DNA from: Mobula hypostoma
Lineage: Eukaryota
Direction of reading: 5' to 3'
Assembly: GCF_963921235.1 (NCBI RefSeq)
Contig: NC_086108.1
Coordinates: 97,218,001-97,282,000, forward strand
Length of the DNA stretch: 64,000 bases
The position numbers and the translations under genes are program-made. Positions 49,408-60,840 of this stretch are shown here, one piece after another (within the stretch, counting starts at the first letter, position 1; each line of letters opens with the position of its first letter). A model generated the notes under the pieces. That model was not told where the DNA came from. It saw only the letters and a list, made by a program, of their open reading frames with translations, and did no database searches.

Positions 49408-49751
49408 TACTACACTACCTTCATTTCCACCACTTCCTCAGGAGGCTAAAGCAATTTGGTATGTCCCCGTTGACCCTTAGCATTTTTTTGACTCACCGTA
49501 GAAAGCATTCTACCTGGATGCATGATGTGTGTGTCCAGAGGAAACCGCGGAGCTATGGGTACAGCTCAGCATATCACAGACAACAGCCTCTCCTCTGTCG
49601 ACTCCGTCTGTACTTCTTGCTGCCTTAGTAAAGCAGCTAACATAATCAAAGACCCCACTCGCCCCGGACGTTCTCCCTTCTCCTCACTCCCATTGGGCAG
49701 GAGATACAAAAGCCCGAACTACCCGTCTCAAGGACAGCTTCTCCTCCACGT

Positions 49752-50015
49752 TGGCATAACGGTTTGCACGACGCTGCTGCAGCTCAGGGCGTCAGAGTTC
49801 AGAGTTCAATTCCGATGTCATCTGTAAGGAGCCCGTATGTTCTCCCTGCGGAATGCGTGCGTTTCCTCCAGGTGCTCCAGTTTCCTCCCACAGTCCAAAG
49901 ATGTACCGGATAGTAGGGCAATTAGTCACTGTAAATTGTCCTGTGACTAGGCTAGGTTGTGGACAGTGGAGGTCGAAGGGCTTGAAGGGTCTGCTTCTCG
50001 AAATAAAAATTAAAT
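49752..50015 (+). mobile_element. V-domain SINE inserted in a Rex1-like 3' fragment (49450-50260)
   Basis: gcgtttcctccaggtgctccagtttcctcccacagtccaaagat; flanks encode KAANIIKDPTRPG... Confidence 0.8.
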
Positions 50016-50554
50016 ATCCCACTGTTATCAGACTATTGAATGATAAGATGGACTCCTGACCTCACATTCAATCTCATTTTAATCTTGAAGTTTATTGTTT
50101 ACCTACACTGCAGTTTTTCTTTAACTGTGACACTCTATTTTGTCTTTTGTTATTGTTTTCCCTTGTACTACCTCCATGCACTGCTGTAATGAAATGATCA
50201 GTATGGACGAGCAAGACAAGTTTTTCATTGCGTCTCAGAACATGTGACAATAATAAAGCAATTGATTAATTTTACCTTGCATCAGCATGTTCAAATAATT
50301 TAAGCCTGAGGTATTTCAAAATGTTATTCTGATGAAGGGTCTCTAACCTGAAATGTTAACTGTTTCTCTTTCCACAGATACTGCCTGATGTAGGTTTCCA
50401 GCATTTTCTGTTTTTATTTCTAGTACCTGAGGTTCTTCTTGAGTTTCACTGTCCTCTTCCACCAGCTTTTAAAATGAAAACATGATAAAATAAATACATT
50501 TATGAAATGAAAACTTGATGTATGACCTGGCATTTTTGTGGTATGAACTGAAAT

Positions 50555-51245
50555 CTTGAAGATGCAGGACGGTTGTGGCCTGGAACGTATGGGCCGAATT
50601 GAGGTGGTACGACCTGGGCGTGAGAGAGGGGTACGAGTCAATGTTTGGTTGTTGGTGCGTACTTGGAGGCGACTCAAAGCGGCAGAACTGAGGCGAGGCA
50701 GAGTCGAGGTGGCGAGGCCTGGGTCCGAGAGTGAGGAACAGGTTGATGCTTAATCGATTTAAGTGCTGGACTGAATTAGAAGGGTCGGATGTGGACCGAA
50801 GCAAGGTGGTGTGTTCCAGGCCCAAGGGCATTTCGAAGCGACAAAGCAGGGCCTGAGAGCAAAGAACGACTCACTGTTTGGTCGATTTAAGCGCAGGGCC
50901 AGATTGGAAAGGTCGGAGTGTTGGTGGCAGGAGCCCAAGGACGGCCTGGTGTTGCTGTTTGAGGTTTATTCATCTTTGTACTGAACAAAGGCTGTGGCCT
51001 GCAACTAATAGACCCCTGGATTGGCTGTGACTGGCTTCGAGGCTGTCGACTCACTTTTGTGAACTTCAGTTCAGAAAGGTATTTGCTTACTTTTATTGCT
51101 TGCATGATTTCTTTTTTATTCTCTGCACATTGGATGTTTTTTTTAATGTGTTCTATCGGGTTTCTTTGTTTTGTCTGGAAGGAGATGAATATCAAGGTTG
51201 TATTTCTTACATATACTTCGATAATAAATGTACTTTGACTTTGAT
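50555..51245 (+). mobile_element. Non-autonomous element with GC-rich 5' part and Rex1-like tail
   Basis: Ends gataataaatgtactttgactttga like other Rex1-type tails here; no coding similarity seen. Confidence 0.55.
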
Positions 51246-52237
51246 GTGGAACGAACTGCCAGAGGGGGTGGTGGAGTTGGGTTCGATTTCAATATTGAAG
51301 AGACGTATATGGGTGGTAAGGGTATGATGGGTTGTGGTCCAGGTGTGGGGTGATGGGACTAGGAAGAATAAAAGTCCAGCACAGACTATTTGGGCAGAAG
51401 GGCCTTTTTCTGCACTGCAGTAGTACTCTATGATTCTAATAAGGACTCAGTCTGATAAAAAAACTCAACAACTCTGTGGTGAAACCAGCTTCATTGTCAA
51501 ATTCCTGATGGATAGGTAAATCATTGTAACTGTTTGTAACTTGGAGACGAAGTAAAAATGCTCAAATGGTCTTCAGACTCCATCCTGAACTCTCTCCAGA
51601 GGAATAATGAGCTGAATGTTATGGACCCTCAAGAAACTCCATTTGCGGGAGGCAGTATCTCTGCTTGTTTTATTGTGACCAGTGAACATTTCTGGATTCC
51701 CTTTCCTCCCATCTTTATTACAGTCATTAAGAAATTGCGGATAGTCTTTTCACACATGTAATTTTCACTAAGTTGTTCCACAGGATGACTTTTTCTCCTT
51801 CGTTTCCTTTATCTGCTGTGGATGTAGTCGGAAAAAAAAATTGCTATGTTATTTTTGTGATCCAGACTCTGAAACCTTCCAATTTGAAAGGACGAGGAAC
51901 ACCTTGTTGGTGTTGATTTCGTTTATTATTGTCACACGTACTGAGACAAAATGAAAAGCTTTTGTTTGTGTCTCATCCAGGCAGATCATGCCATACATAA
52001 GTATATCGAGCCGGAGAAATGCAGAATAAAGTACCTCAGCTACAGAGTAGTTCTTACAAGCTTAGAATTCAGACTTTAAAGAGTAGAACAACTGAAGTAA
52101 ATGTAATGAGGGGGTCTGTTGGAGACAGATCGCAAGGAGTCTCCACACTCCAGAGCTATCTTGACAAACAGAAGACAATAGGAATCAGAAGCAACAGAAA
52201 TGATTTGTTTAAAAATTAGTTTTTTTCTTGTGTTCCT

Positions 52238-52806
52238 CAGCTGGAGAGAGTGGTAAAATGAGTCAGCTCCATCATGGGTACCAGCCTCTTCAGTATCCAG
52301 GTCATCTGCAAGGAGCGGTGCCTCAAAAAGGCAGCGTCCGTTATTGAGGACCCCCATCACTCAGCACATACCCTCTTCTCATTGCTACCATCAGGAAGGA
52401 GGTACAGGAGCCTGAAGGTACACACTCAATGATTCAGGAACAACTTCTTGCCCTCTGCCATCCAGTTTCTAAATGGACATCGAACCCATGAACATTACCT
52501 CACTACCTTTTAAATTTCCTATTTTTTTGCACAACTTATTTAATTTAACTATTAGTTAGATCTATTAGTTAAACTGTAGTTAAATTTAATTTACATATAT
52601 ATATAAAATAGTTACATTAAATAGGTAATGCAAAAATAGGAAATATAAAAAGTAGTGAGGTCATGTTCATGGGTTAATATATATATATTTACTTTAACTC
52701 ACAGTTATCTTTTTTCTCTATTAAAAATGTACTGCGATGTGCTGCTGCTGCAAAGTTAATGAATTTCATGACATATGCCAGTGATATTAAACGTGATTCT
52801 GATTCT
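52238..52806 (+). mobile_element. Rex1/Babar-like 3' end with an internal inverted duplication
   Basis: Colinear with 11440-11846; tail tgattctgattct; arms 52483-52552 and 52607-52675. Confidence 0.85.
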
Positions 52807-53621
52807 AGTTCATCACAGCCAGTGGCCTGTGGTAGTGAACTGCTGTTCAAATACTCAAAGTCAAAGTTGAGTTTATGAGTTTATTGTCATATGCGTAAGT
52901 ACAGGTGAATTGAAAAACTTACTTGCAGTAGCATCACAGGTACATGGCAACATTGTCAAGAAAAATGTAAATTAAACATAAATTATACTTTATACTTTAT
53001 TGTCACCAAACAATTGATACTGGAACGTACAATCATCACAGTGATATTTGATTCTGCGCTTCCTGCTCCCTAGATTACAAATCGATAGTAAATATTAAAA
53101 TTTTAAATTATAAATCGTAAATAGAAAATAGAAAAATGGAAAGTAAGGTAGAGCAAAAAAACTGAGAGGCAGGTCTGGATATTTGGAGGGTACGGCCCAG
53201 ATCCAGGTCAGGATCTGTTCAGTAGTCTTATCACAGTTGGAAAGAAGCTGTTCCCAAATCTGGCCGTACGAGCCTTTAAGCTCCTGAGCCTTCTCCTAGA
53301 GGGAGGAGGGATGAAAAGTGTGTTATAGACTACTGTAGAAATTATAGACTATTTTTATAAGTAAGAATACAATTAGCACCAAAAAAAGATCCATTGTAAT
53401 GCAACATCGTCATAGTGCTGCAAAGCTATAGTAACTCACAGTAAATCTAGAGTAGGGAGGAAATCCCAAGCTAAGGTTGAGCTGTGTTGTTACACTCCAT
53501 ATAGGTGATACAAACACTGGAGGGGAAGGAGCATGGTAGAACCTACTCACTGTAGCTCATAAGAGTTTGACAGACAATAAATTTCTGTATTTCCAGAATA
53601 ACTTCAGGAGAATTAGAGTTA

Positions 53622-54190
53622 GGAGTGGAAAGTGTATTGACTGGCTGCATTACAGCCTGGTATGGAAACATCACTGCCTTTGTACGGAAAATCCTACAAA
53701 AGGTAGAAGATTCAGCCCAGTACATCATGAGTAGAGCCCTCTCAATCACTGAGCATGTATACCTGAAACACTGTCGTAGGAAAGCAGCATGCAGCATCAG
53801 AGATCGTCACCACCCAGGTCATGCTCACTTCTCAGTGCTGCCATCAGAAAGAAGGTACAAGAGCCTCAGGATTCACACCACCAGGTTCAAGAACAGTTAC
53901 TACCCCACAACCTCTTGAACAAAGGGGTCAACTATACTCATTTGCCCATTCATTGAGATGTTCCCACAACCAATGATCTCACTTTAAGGACTCTTTATCT
54001 TGTTATTTCATGTTCTTATTACTTATTGCAATTTTTGCATTTGCAAAGTTTGTTGAATTTTGCCTTCTAGTTGATCTTTCATTGATTCTGTTTTAGTTAC
54101 TATTCTATAGATTTGCAGAGTATGCCCACAGGAAAATGAATCTCAGGGTTGTATATGATGACAATATACAATAACTTTTGAACTTTGAAT
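53622..54190 (+). mobile_element. Rex1/Babar-like 3' fragment
   Basis: ESVLTGCITAWYGN...LPSERRYKSLRIHTTRFKNSYYP. Confidence 0.85.
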
Positions 54191-54295
54191 TTCGGCCTAT
54201 TGAATCTTTCAGCTCACAGAACAATTCCATCCTCCCTTTGGTTTTCCTTAACCTCTTCTCCCTACATTCCTATCATCTCCCTCTATATTATAGTA

Positions 54296-54449
54296 CAGGA
54301 CGACCTTCACTAATCTGGCACTATTAGGACCTAAGGAGTGCTGGATTAGTGAAGGTGCTGAATTACAGAAGGATCACGTTAAGCATAATCAGTGCCGGAT
54401 TATCGAAGGAACCAGATTGCAGGTAGTCGGATTAGTGCAGGTTGACCTG
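54296..54449. mobile_element. Tigger/pogo-like MITE
   Basis: TA flanks (54294-54295, 54450-54451); TIR caggacgaccttcactaatc / gattagtgcaggttgacctg. Confidence 0.85.
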
Positions 54450-54465
54450 TACTTACTAACGTTAT

Positions 54466-54955
54466 ACACTCAGCCAATCATGTGACAGCAACTCAATGCA
54501 TAAAAGCATGCAGACATGGTCAAGAGGTTCAGTTGTTCAAACCGAACATCAGAACGGTGAAGAAATGTGAGCTAAGTGACTTTGAGCATGGAATGATTGT
54601 TGGTGCCAGATGGGGTGGTTTGAGTATCTCAGAAGCTGCTGATCACCTGGGATTCTTGTGCACAACATTCTCTAGAGTTTACAAAGAATCATATGAAAAT
54701 TCAAAAAAAAAATCCATTTGAGTTGCAGTTCTGTAGGTGAAACACCTTGTTATTGAGAGAGTTCAGAGGAGAATGGTCAGACCAGTTCAAGCTGACAGGA
54801 AGGCAACAGTAAATTAAATAACCACGTATTGCAACAATGTTGTGAAAAAGAGCATCTCTGAATGCACCACACATTGAACCTTGATGTGGATGGATTACAG
54901 CAGCAGTAGACAATACTGGATTCCACTCCTGTACCCAATAAAGTGGTCACTAAGG
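54466..54955 (+). mobile_element. Internally deleted Tc1-like transposon
   Basis: KKCELSDFEHGMIVGARWGGLSISEAADHLGF...FSRVYKE; right TIR gtacccaataaagtggtcact. Confidence 0.85.
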
Positions 54956-54990
54956 GCATATATAAAAAATAAATAAATAGTGTCAAAAGT

Positions 54991-55298
54991 GGGCACGTGG
55001 CCAAGTGGTTAAGGCATTGGACTAGCGACCTGAAGGTCGTGAGTTCGAGCCCCAGCCGAGGCAACGTGTTGTGTCCTTGAGCAAGGCGCTTAATCACACA
55101 TTGCTCTGTGACGACACTGGTGCCAAGCTGTATGGGTCCTAATGCCCTTCCCTTGGACAACATTGGTGTTGTGGAGAGGGGAGACTTGCAGCATGGGTAA
55201 CTGCTGGTCTTCCATACAACCTTGCCCAGGCCTGCGCCCTGGAGAGTGAAGACTTTCCAGGCGCAGATCCATGGTCTCGCAAGACTAACGGATGCCTT
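54991..55298 (+). mobile_element. Full-length tRNA-headed SINE
   Basis: gggcacgtggccaagtggttaaggcattggactag...gagttcgagccc; body matches 42636-42950. Confidence 0.9.
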
Positions 55299-55494
55299 AG
55301 TGCAAAAAAAAATGTGGTGTATTGTTCATGGATAGATTTCGGCTTCCCATTGAAATCCAAATGGTGTTCTGACATATTTCAGTGGGAGATGCTGTCACCC
55401 CTAGTGTGCACAACAGCATCTCTGGATGCACAACACGTCAAACCTTGAAGAGGATAGGCTACAGCAGCAGTGGGGGAGGGATTTTTATTACTGG

Positions 55495-55998
55495 AAGGAG
55501 AAATCAATATTCATTGCTATCAGGTTGGAGGCTACCCAGATGGAATATAGGGTGTTGCTCCTCCACCCTGATGGTGACCTCACCTTGGCTTAAGAGGAGG
55601 ACATGGACTGACGTGTCTGACCGGGAATGGGAATTATAGTGTTTGGCCACTGGGAAGTTCTGCTTTTGGCGGGTGGAGCGGAGGTGCTTGACAAAGCGGT
55701 CTCCCAATTTATGACGAGTCTCACCAATGTAGAGGAGGCCGCATTGGGAGCACAGGACTCAATAGACAACTCCATCAGATTTGCGGGTGAAGTGTTGCCT
55801 CACCTGGAAGGACTGTTTGGGTCCCTGAGCAGAGGTGAGGAAGGAGGTGTATGGGCAGATGCATGGATAAGTGCTAGGAGGGAGATTAGTGGGGAGGGAC
55901 GAATGGACAAGGGAATCGTGGCGGGAGGTGTAGAATGGTTGGCTTTCACCTTGTGTAGTGCAGTGAGTAGGACGCTGGGAATTGGGATGGTCCACAAG
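55495..55998 (-). mobile_element. Penelope-like GIY-YIG remnant
   Basis: FQVRQHFTRKSDGVVY...GDRFVKHLRST...VEEQHPIFHLGSLQPD. Confidence 0.85.
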
Positions 55999-58249
55999 AA
56001 CAGATCCAAAGAAAAGGCTCCGTGATGTTTCCCAAGGATAATTTCTTGTTTGTCAGCAGACACGGCTCCAGAAAGACGCCGATCATCTCTCTCCTCCAGC
56101 ATAACTTGGCTGCATTTCTCAATAGACCTTATTCTTTCTTCTGAAGGCAATGGATAGCCATTTCTGCCATTAATGAAGCTGGGAGTTACAAATAAATAAT
56201 TTACATCACAGTGGCTCAGGAGAGATTCAGTGCCAACGGCAAAAGATACAACACAACATTCAGAATAATGGGCCACAAGTGGTGTCAAACCAGTCCCCTG
56301 TGAAAAATTGTACTGCTTAACAAATGATTAATTTAAACTCATTCTCTCACAACCTTGAAGATCTGGCTTCTTGAATGTGCTTTATATTTGTTACTCATTT
56401 CCACTTGAGGAGAAATACATCACAGAATGCCCAGTTCTGATTAGGGATCATGTCGTTGCTGGAATATTGATGGATGCTGAGAAATTTGAATGAAGTTAAT
56501 TTAAATTAGTTAATTTAATTGAAGAAGTGCCTTGTATTGGTTATAGCGATGACAGGAACATGGGATTGCTCTTAGGCCTCCATCTTTTATCACCGACCCA
56601 TCCGGGAAAGCAAGCCTGTGTTTCTCCCTAGCCATCCCACGTGACCCTAGATCCAGTCCGGCATGCTTGATTCCTTATTTCCTTTCTGAGGCAGCCCAGC
56701 AAGCTGCCTACTTCAGCGGATATGGGAGGGAGCAATTAAAAATGAGCTTATACTGCTTCTCAAGCCCATCAACCCTAGGCCACCGACAGCAGCTTGCCAG
56801 CGTGCAGATTCCTGGGCCGAAGTTTGATTGTCCCTGTGGCTTCCACTTTCACCACATGACATGGCGTCTTCTTGGCGAAGATCCTTCCTCTCCCAAGGCT
56901 GAGGGCTTTGGCACCACTGCTGTCATTTTTGTAGCTCTGGGTTTCTACAGGAAGGTGTTGATAGTCCATGCCCAACATTTCTTTCACAGTGAGCTTGCGA
57001 CCATCCATGGTGTGCTGACCACCGTGCTACCGTGTGGTGCGAATCAAACCCGGGTCACCTGTACTGTAAAACACTGTTCTGATCACTACACTACCGTGCA
57101 GTGGGAATCAAACCCGGGTCGCCTGTACTGTAAAACACTGTGCTGACCACCGTGCTACCGTGTGGTGCGAATCAAACTCAGGTCGCCAGTACTGTAAAAC
57201 ACTGTGCTGACCACCGTGCTACCGTGTGGTGCGAATCAAACTCAGGTCGCCAGTACTGTAAAACACTGTGCTGACCACCGTGCTACCGTGTGGTGCGAAT
57301 CAAACTCAGGTCGCCAGTACTGTAAAACACTGTGCTGATCACTACACTACCATGCAGTGGGAATCAAACTCAGGTCGCCAGTACTGTAAAACACTGTGCT
57401 GACCACCGTGCTACCGTGTGGTGGGAATCAAACCCAGGTCGCCAGTACTGTAAAACACTGTGCTGACCACTACACTACCGTGCAGTGGGAATCGAACCCG
57501 GGTCGCCTGTACTGTAAAACACTGTGCTGACCACTACACTACCGTACAGTGGGAATTGAACCCGGGTCGCCTGTACTGTAAAACACTGTGCTGACCACTA
57601 CACTACCGTACAGTGAGAATCGAATCTGGGTCACCTGTAGTGTAGAACATTGTGCTGACCCCTACACTACCGTGCAGTGGGAATCGAATTCGGGTCACCT
57701 GAACTGTAAAACACTGTGCTGACCACTACACTACTGTACAGTGGGAATCAAACCCGGGTCACCTGTACTGTAAAACACTGTGCTGACCACTACACTATCG
57801 TACAGTGGGAATCGAACCCGGGTCACCTGTACTGTAAAACACTGTGCTGACCACTACACTACCGTACAACGGGAATCGAACCCGGGTCGCCTGTACTGTA
57901 AAACACTGTGCTGACCACTACACTATCGTACAGTGGGAATCGAACCCGGGTCACCTGTACTGTAAAAGACTGTGCTGACCACTACACTACCGTACAGTGG
58001 GAATCAAACCCGGGTCGCCTGTACTGTAAAACACTGTACTGACCACTACACTACCATGCAGTGGGAATCGAACCCAGGTCGCCTGTACTATAAAACACTG
58101 TGCTGACCACTACACTACCATACAATGGGATTCAAACCCAGGCCACCTGTACTGTAAAACACTGTGCTGACCACTACACTACCGTACAGTGGGAATCAAA
58201 CCCGGGTCGCCTGTACTGTAAAACACTGTGCTGACCACTACACTACCAT

Positions 58250-58811
58250 GTTGTTCGTCCATTGTTGACGTCGATGAGGACCTTGACACCATTATGATGG
58301 TGTTGAGACTAGCGCATGATTTGGATTTAAGTGAGGGAGAGTTGCGCAGCATCAGCCTCACTCTCTCTTCCCAATTCCCATCTGGATCCAGTGGCAAGAC
58401 AGAGTCTAGACGGCTGGAGATGGGACTAGGCGCAGTGGATGACCAGGACGTCTTCTGTGTCTTGTCCTGCTCTACACGTTCCACGACGCATGCAGAGACC
58501 GCCTTCTTGACTGTTGGACCTTCCATTGGTCTCGTCTGCTCAATATGCCGGAGTCTGTCTTCACATGCTGGGATAGACAACTCCCTATCTCACCAAGGGT
58601 TTGAGACCCGTCGGCTACCCTCACCTGGTTTAGCCGGCTTGTCGAAGCCGTTGCCTGGGGTGTGGCCGCTGTCGCATGCAAACAGCTACGGGGAGCCACA
58701 GGTGAGAGCTGAGTGCCAGGTGGGGACCAAAGGTGGACTAACCGCCTTGAAAAGGACGTGACATGTTCCCCCACCAGAGGGGCTACCCCTCCCTGACACC
58801 CCATACACCCC
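58250..58811 (-). mobile_element. Full-length non-autonomous RTE-type retroposon headed by an HDV-like fold
   Basis: 10-bp TSD acactaccat at 58240-58249 and 58812-58821; 3' end ...GAACAAC; no convincing ORF. Confidence 0.85.
58620..58811 (-). ncRNA. Candidate HDV-like self-cleaving ribozyme with L3 hairpin insertion
   Basis: P1 GGGGTGT/ACACCCC, P2 CTCACCTGT/AC(C)AGGTGAG, P3 GGC/GCC, L3 TCCCCGT.., P4 CGGCTT/AAGCCG, J4/2 GCTAA in canonical nested order. Confidence 0.75.
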
Positions 58812-59389
58812 ACACTACCATACAGTGCAATCAAACCTGGGTCACCTATACTGTAAAACACTGTGCTGACCACTACACTACCGTACAGTACGAATCAAAC
58901 CCAGGTCGCCTGTACTGTAAAACACTGTGCTGACCACTGCACTACCGTACAGTGGGAATCGAACCCGAGTCGCCTGTACTGTAAAACACTGCGCTGACCA
59001 CTACACTACCATACAATGGGAATCGAACCCGGGTCGCCTGTACTGTAAAACACTGTGCTGATCACTACACTATCGTACAGTGGGAATCAAACCTGGGTCA
59101 CCTGTACTGTAAAACACTGTGCTGACCACTACACTACCGTACAGTGGGATTCGAACCCGGGTTGCCTGTACTGTAAAACACTGTGCTGACCACAATGCTA
59201 CCATACAGTGGAAATCGAACCCGGGTCGCCTGTACTGTAAAACACTGTGACCGCTGCACTACCGTACAGTGGGAATCAAACCCGGGTTGCCTGTACTGTA
59301 AAACACTGTGCTGACCACTACACTACCCGTGCTGCCCCTGAACAAGTTAACATTCAACGTTGCTGAAATCGGTTAATTTTTTAAAATTT

Positions 59390-59635
59390 ATTTTTTTATT
59401 TATCGAGACACAGTATGGAATAAGCCTTTCCGACCCTTCGAGCCGCGCCACATAGCAACCCACCAACTTTTAACCCTAGCCTCATCAATGGACAATTTAT
59501 GACCAATTGACTTACCAACTGGTACATCTTTGGACTGTGGGAAGAATTTGGAGCATCCGGAGGAAACCCACGTGGTCACAGGGAGAAAGTACAAGCCTTG
59601 TTTCAGTAACTGTGCGGTTAGACCTGATGCTGGTA
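59390..59635 (-). mobile_element. V-domain SINE
   Basis: tttggactgtgggaagaatttggagcatccggaggaaacccacg. Confidence 0.78.
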
Positions 59636-59849
59636 AACTATAGTCAATGACTGATCCCATCCCCACCTACCTCATCCCCTCCACTCTCTCATTTCCTCAC
59701 ACGTGGTCACACTTATTACTGTTCTGAGCCTCATCAGATTGTCTCCTGACGGCAACCAGGCAATCTTTGCCACTTCACTCACATCACACCACAGTCTCTG
59801 TAAAACGCCCCTCTCAACTGCAGGACAGGATAAGTCACTGCAACTGGCA

Positions 59850-60345
59850 GCACTTGGAAATCCAGAGTAACACGTGCACAAAATGCTGGAGGAGCTCAGC
59901 AGGCCAAGCAGCAACTGTGGAAAAGAGTACGGTCGACGTTTCAGTTCATCAGAACTGGAGGAAAAAAGATAAGAAGTCAGAGTAAGAAGGTGGGGGGAGG
60001 GGAGGAAGAAATACAAGGTAGTAGGTCAGTGGTCCCCAACCTCCGGGCCGCGACCGATACATTGCAATTGGCAATCGCCTCTGATCTGGGCCGACATTTA
60101 CGTGCCGGGGCGGCACCTAATTAATTAGCTTGTGTATTTTGGCTTTTTTTCTTAAAGATGTGCTGGGTGCGTTCTGACTACCGCTGCACCACTGCATTCT
60201 TCGCGGCAATGTATCGGTCCTTGGCCTAGAGGTTGGGGATCACTGTAGTAGGTGATAGGCGAAACCGGGAGGAGGAGGGGAGCGTTGAAGTGAAGAGCTG
60301 GGACGTCGATTGGTGAAAGAGATAAAGGGCTGGAGAAGGTGGTCT
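59850..60345 (-). mobile_element. Penelope pseudo-LTR fragment split by a hAT MITE
   Basis: aaatgctggaggagctcagcaggccaagcagca...gtcgacgtttc. Confidence 0.72.
60027..60245. mobile_element. hAT-Charlie-like MITE
   Basis: TIR cagtggtccccaacctc / gaggttggggatcactg; 8-bp TSD tagtaggt at 60019-60026 and 60246-60253. Confidence 0.92.
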
Positions 60346-60650
60346 CTGAACTCGATGCCCCAAACACTAATAGTGTTGCTCTAACCATTATGCTACCGGG
60401 GCACCCAGATTTATTATCAAAGCGTGTATCTGTTACCATGTATTACTTTGAGATTTATTTGCTTGCAGGTATTTACAGGAAAGTAATGAAATATAATAGG
60501 ATTTATGGATAAACACAGGGTTGAGAGGGACAATAAATCATAAAATGATGGGATGGTGGAGCAGCCTGAATGGGCCGAATGGCCTAATTCTGCTTCTATG
60601 GCTTATGATCTCATAGTCTAAACAAAGATTGACAAACAGTGACAACATAT

Positions 60651-60840
60651 GGGAGGAACTCAGCAGTCAGGTCGCATCTATGAGGAGGAATAAAGAGTCC
60701 ATATTTTGAGTCCTGGTGAAGGGATGCGACTTGAAACATTAACTCCTTATTCCTCTCCGTAGATGCTGCCTGACCTGCTGAGTTCCTCCAGCATTTTGCG
60801 TGTGTTACTCTGGGTTTGCAGCATCTGCAGAGTCTCTTGT
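60651..60840. mobile_element. Inverted pair of Penelope pseudo-LTR ends inside a Rex1-like fragment (60405-61160)
   Basis: ggaggaactcagcag...gcatcta versus tagatgctgcctgacctgctgagttcctcc; decayed core ctggtgaaggg...gaaac. Confidence 0.75.

Larger units (their letters stand above)
45754..49410 (-). mobile_element. CR1-clade LINE with ORF1 esterase, frameshifted ORF2 and (TTCTATG)n tail
   Basis: ORFs 48745-49407, 48161-48709, 47521-47874, 47108-47524, 46002-47156; tail catagaacatagaacatagaa at 45754-45774. Confidence 0.97.
57011..59338 (-). repeat. Tandem array of ~27 copies of a 64-bp tRNA-like (SINE head) unit
   Basis: Minus unit GGTAGTGTAGTGGTCAGCACAGTGTTTTACAGTACAGGCGACCCGGGTTCGATTCCCACTGTAC; period 64 (e.g. 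57485 to 57549). Confidence 0.97.

Noticed and set aside
47046..49480. Plus-strand ORFs opposite the CR1
   Set aside because: Antisense shadows of CR1 ORF1/ORF2
54991..55065. Functional tRNA gene
   Set aside because: Acceptor and anticodon stems do not pair properly and the sequence continues into a shared SINE body
55800..56288. 162-aa ORF as a host exon
   Set aside because: Runs from unique sequence into a Penelope remnant; no recognisable domain or convincing splice donor; BLASTx needed
56570..56735. Third HDV-like ribozyme (ctccctagccatcccacgtgac...gcggatatgggag)
   Set aside because: P2-like pairing is present but P1 and P3 could not be paired convincingly
58179..58873. ORFs of 133-177 aa over the inserted element
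   Set aside because: Start in satellite units, overlap on both strands and lack recognisable motifs
57011..59338. CRISPR array or genuine tRNA gene cluster
   Set aside because: Units are contiguous with no unique spacers and no cas genes; they lack a tRNA acceptor stem and match a SINE head
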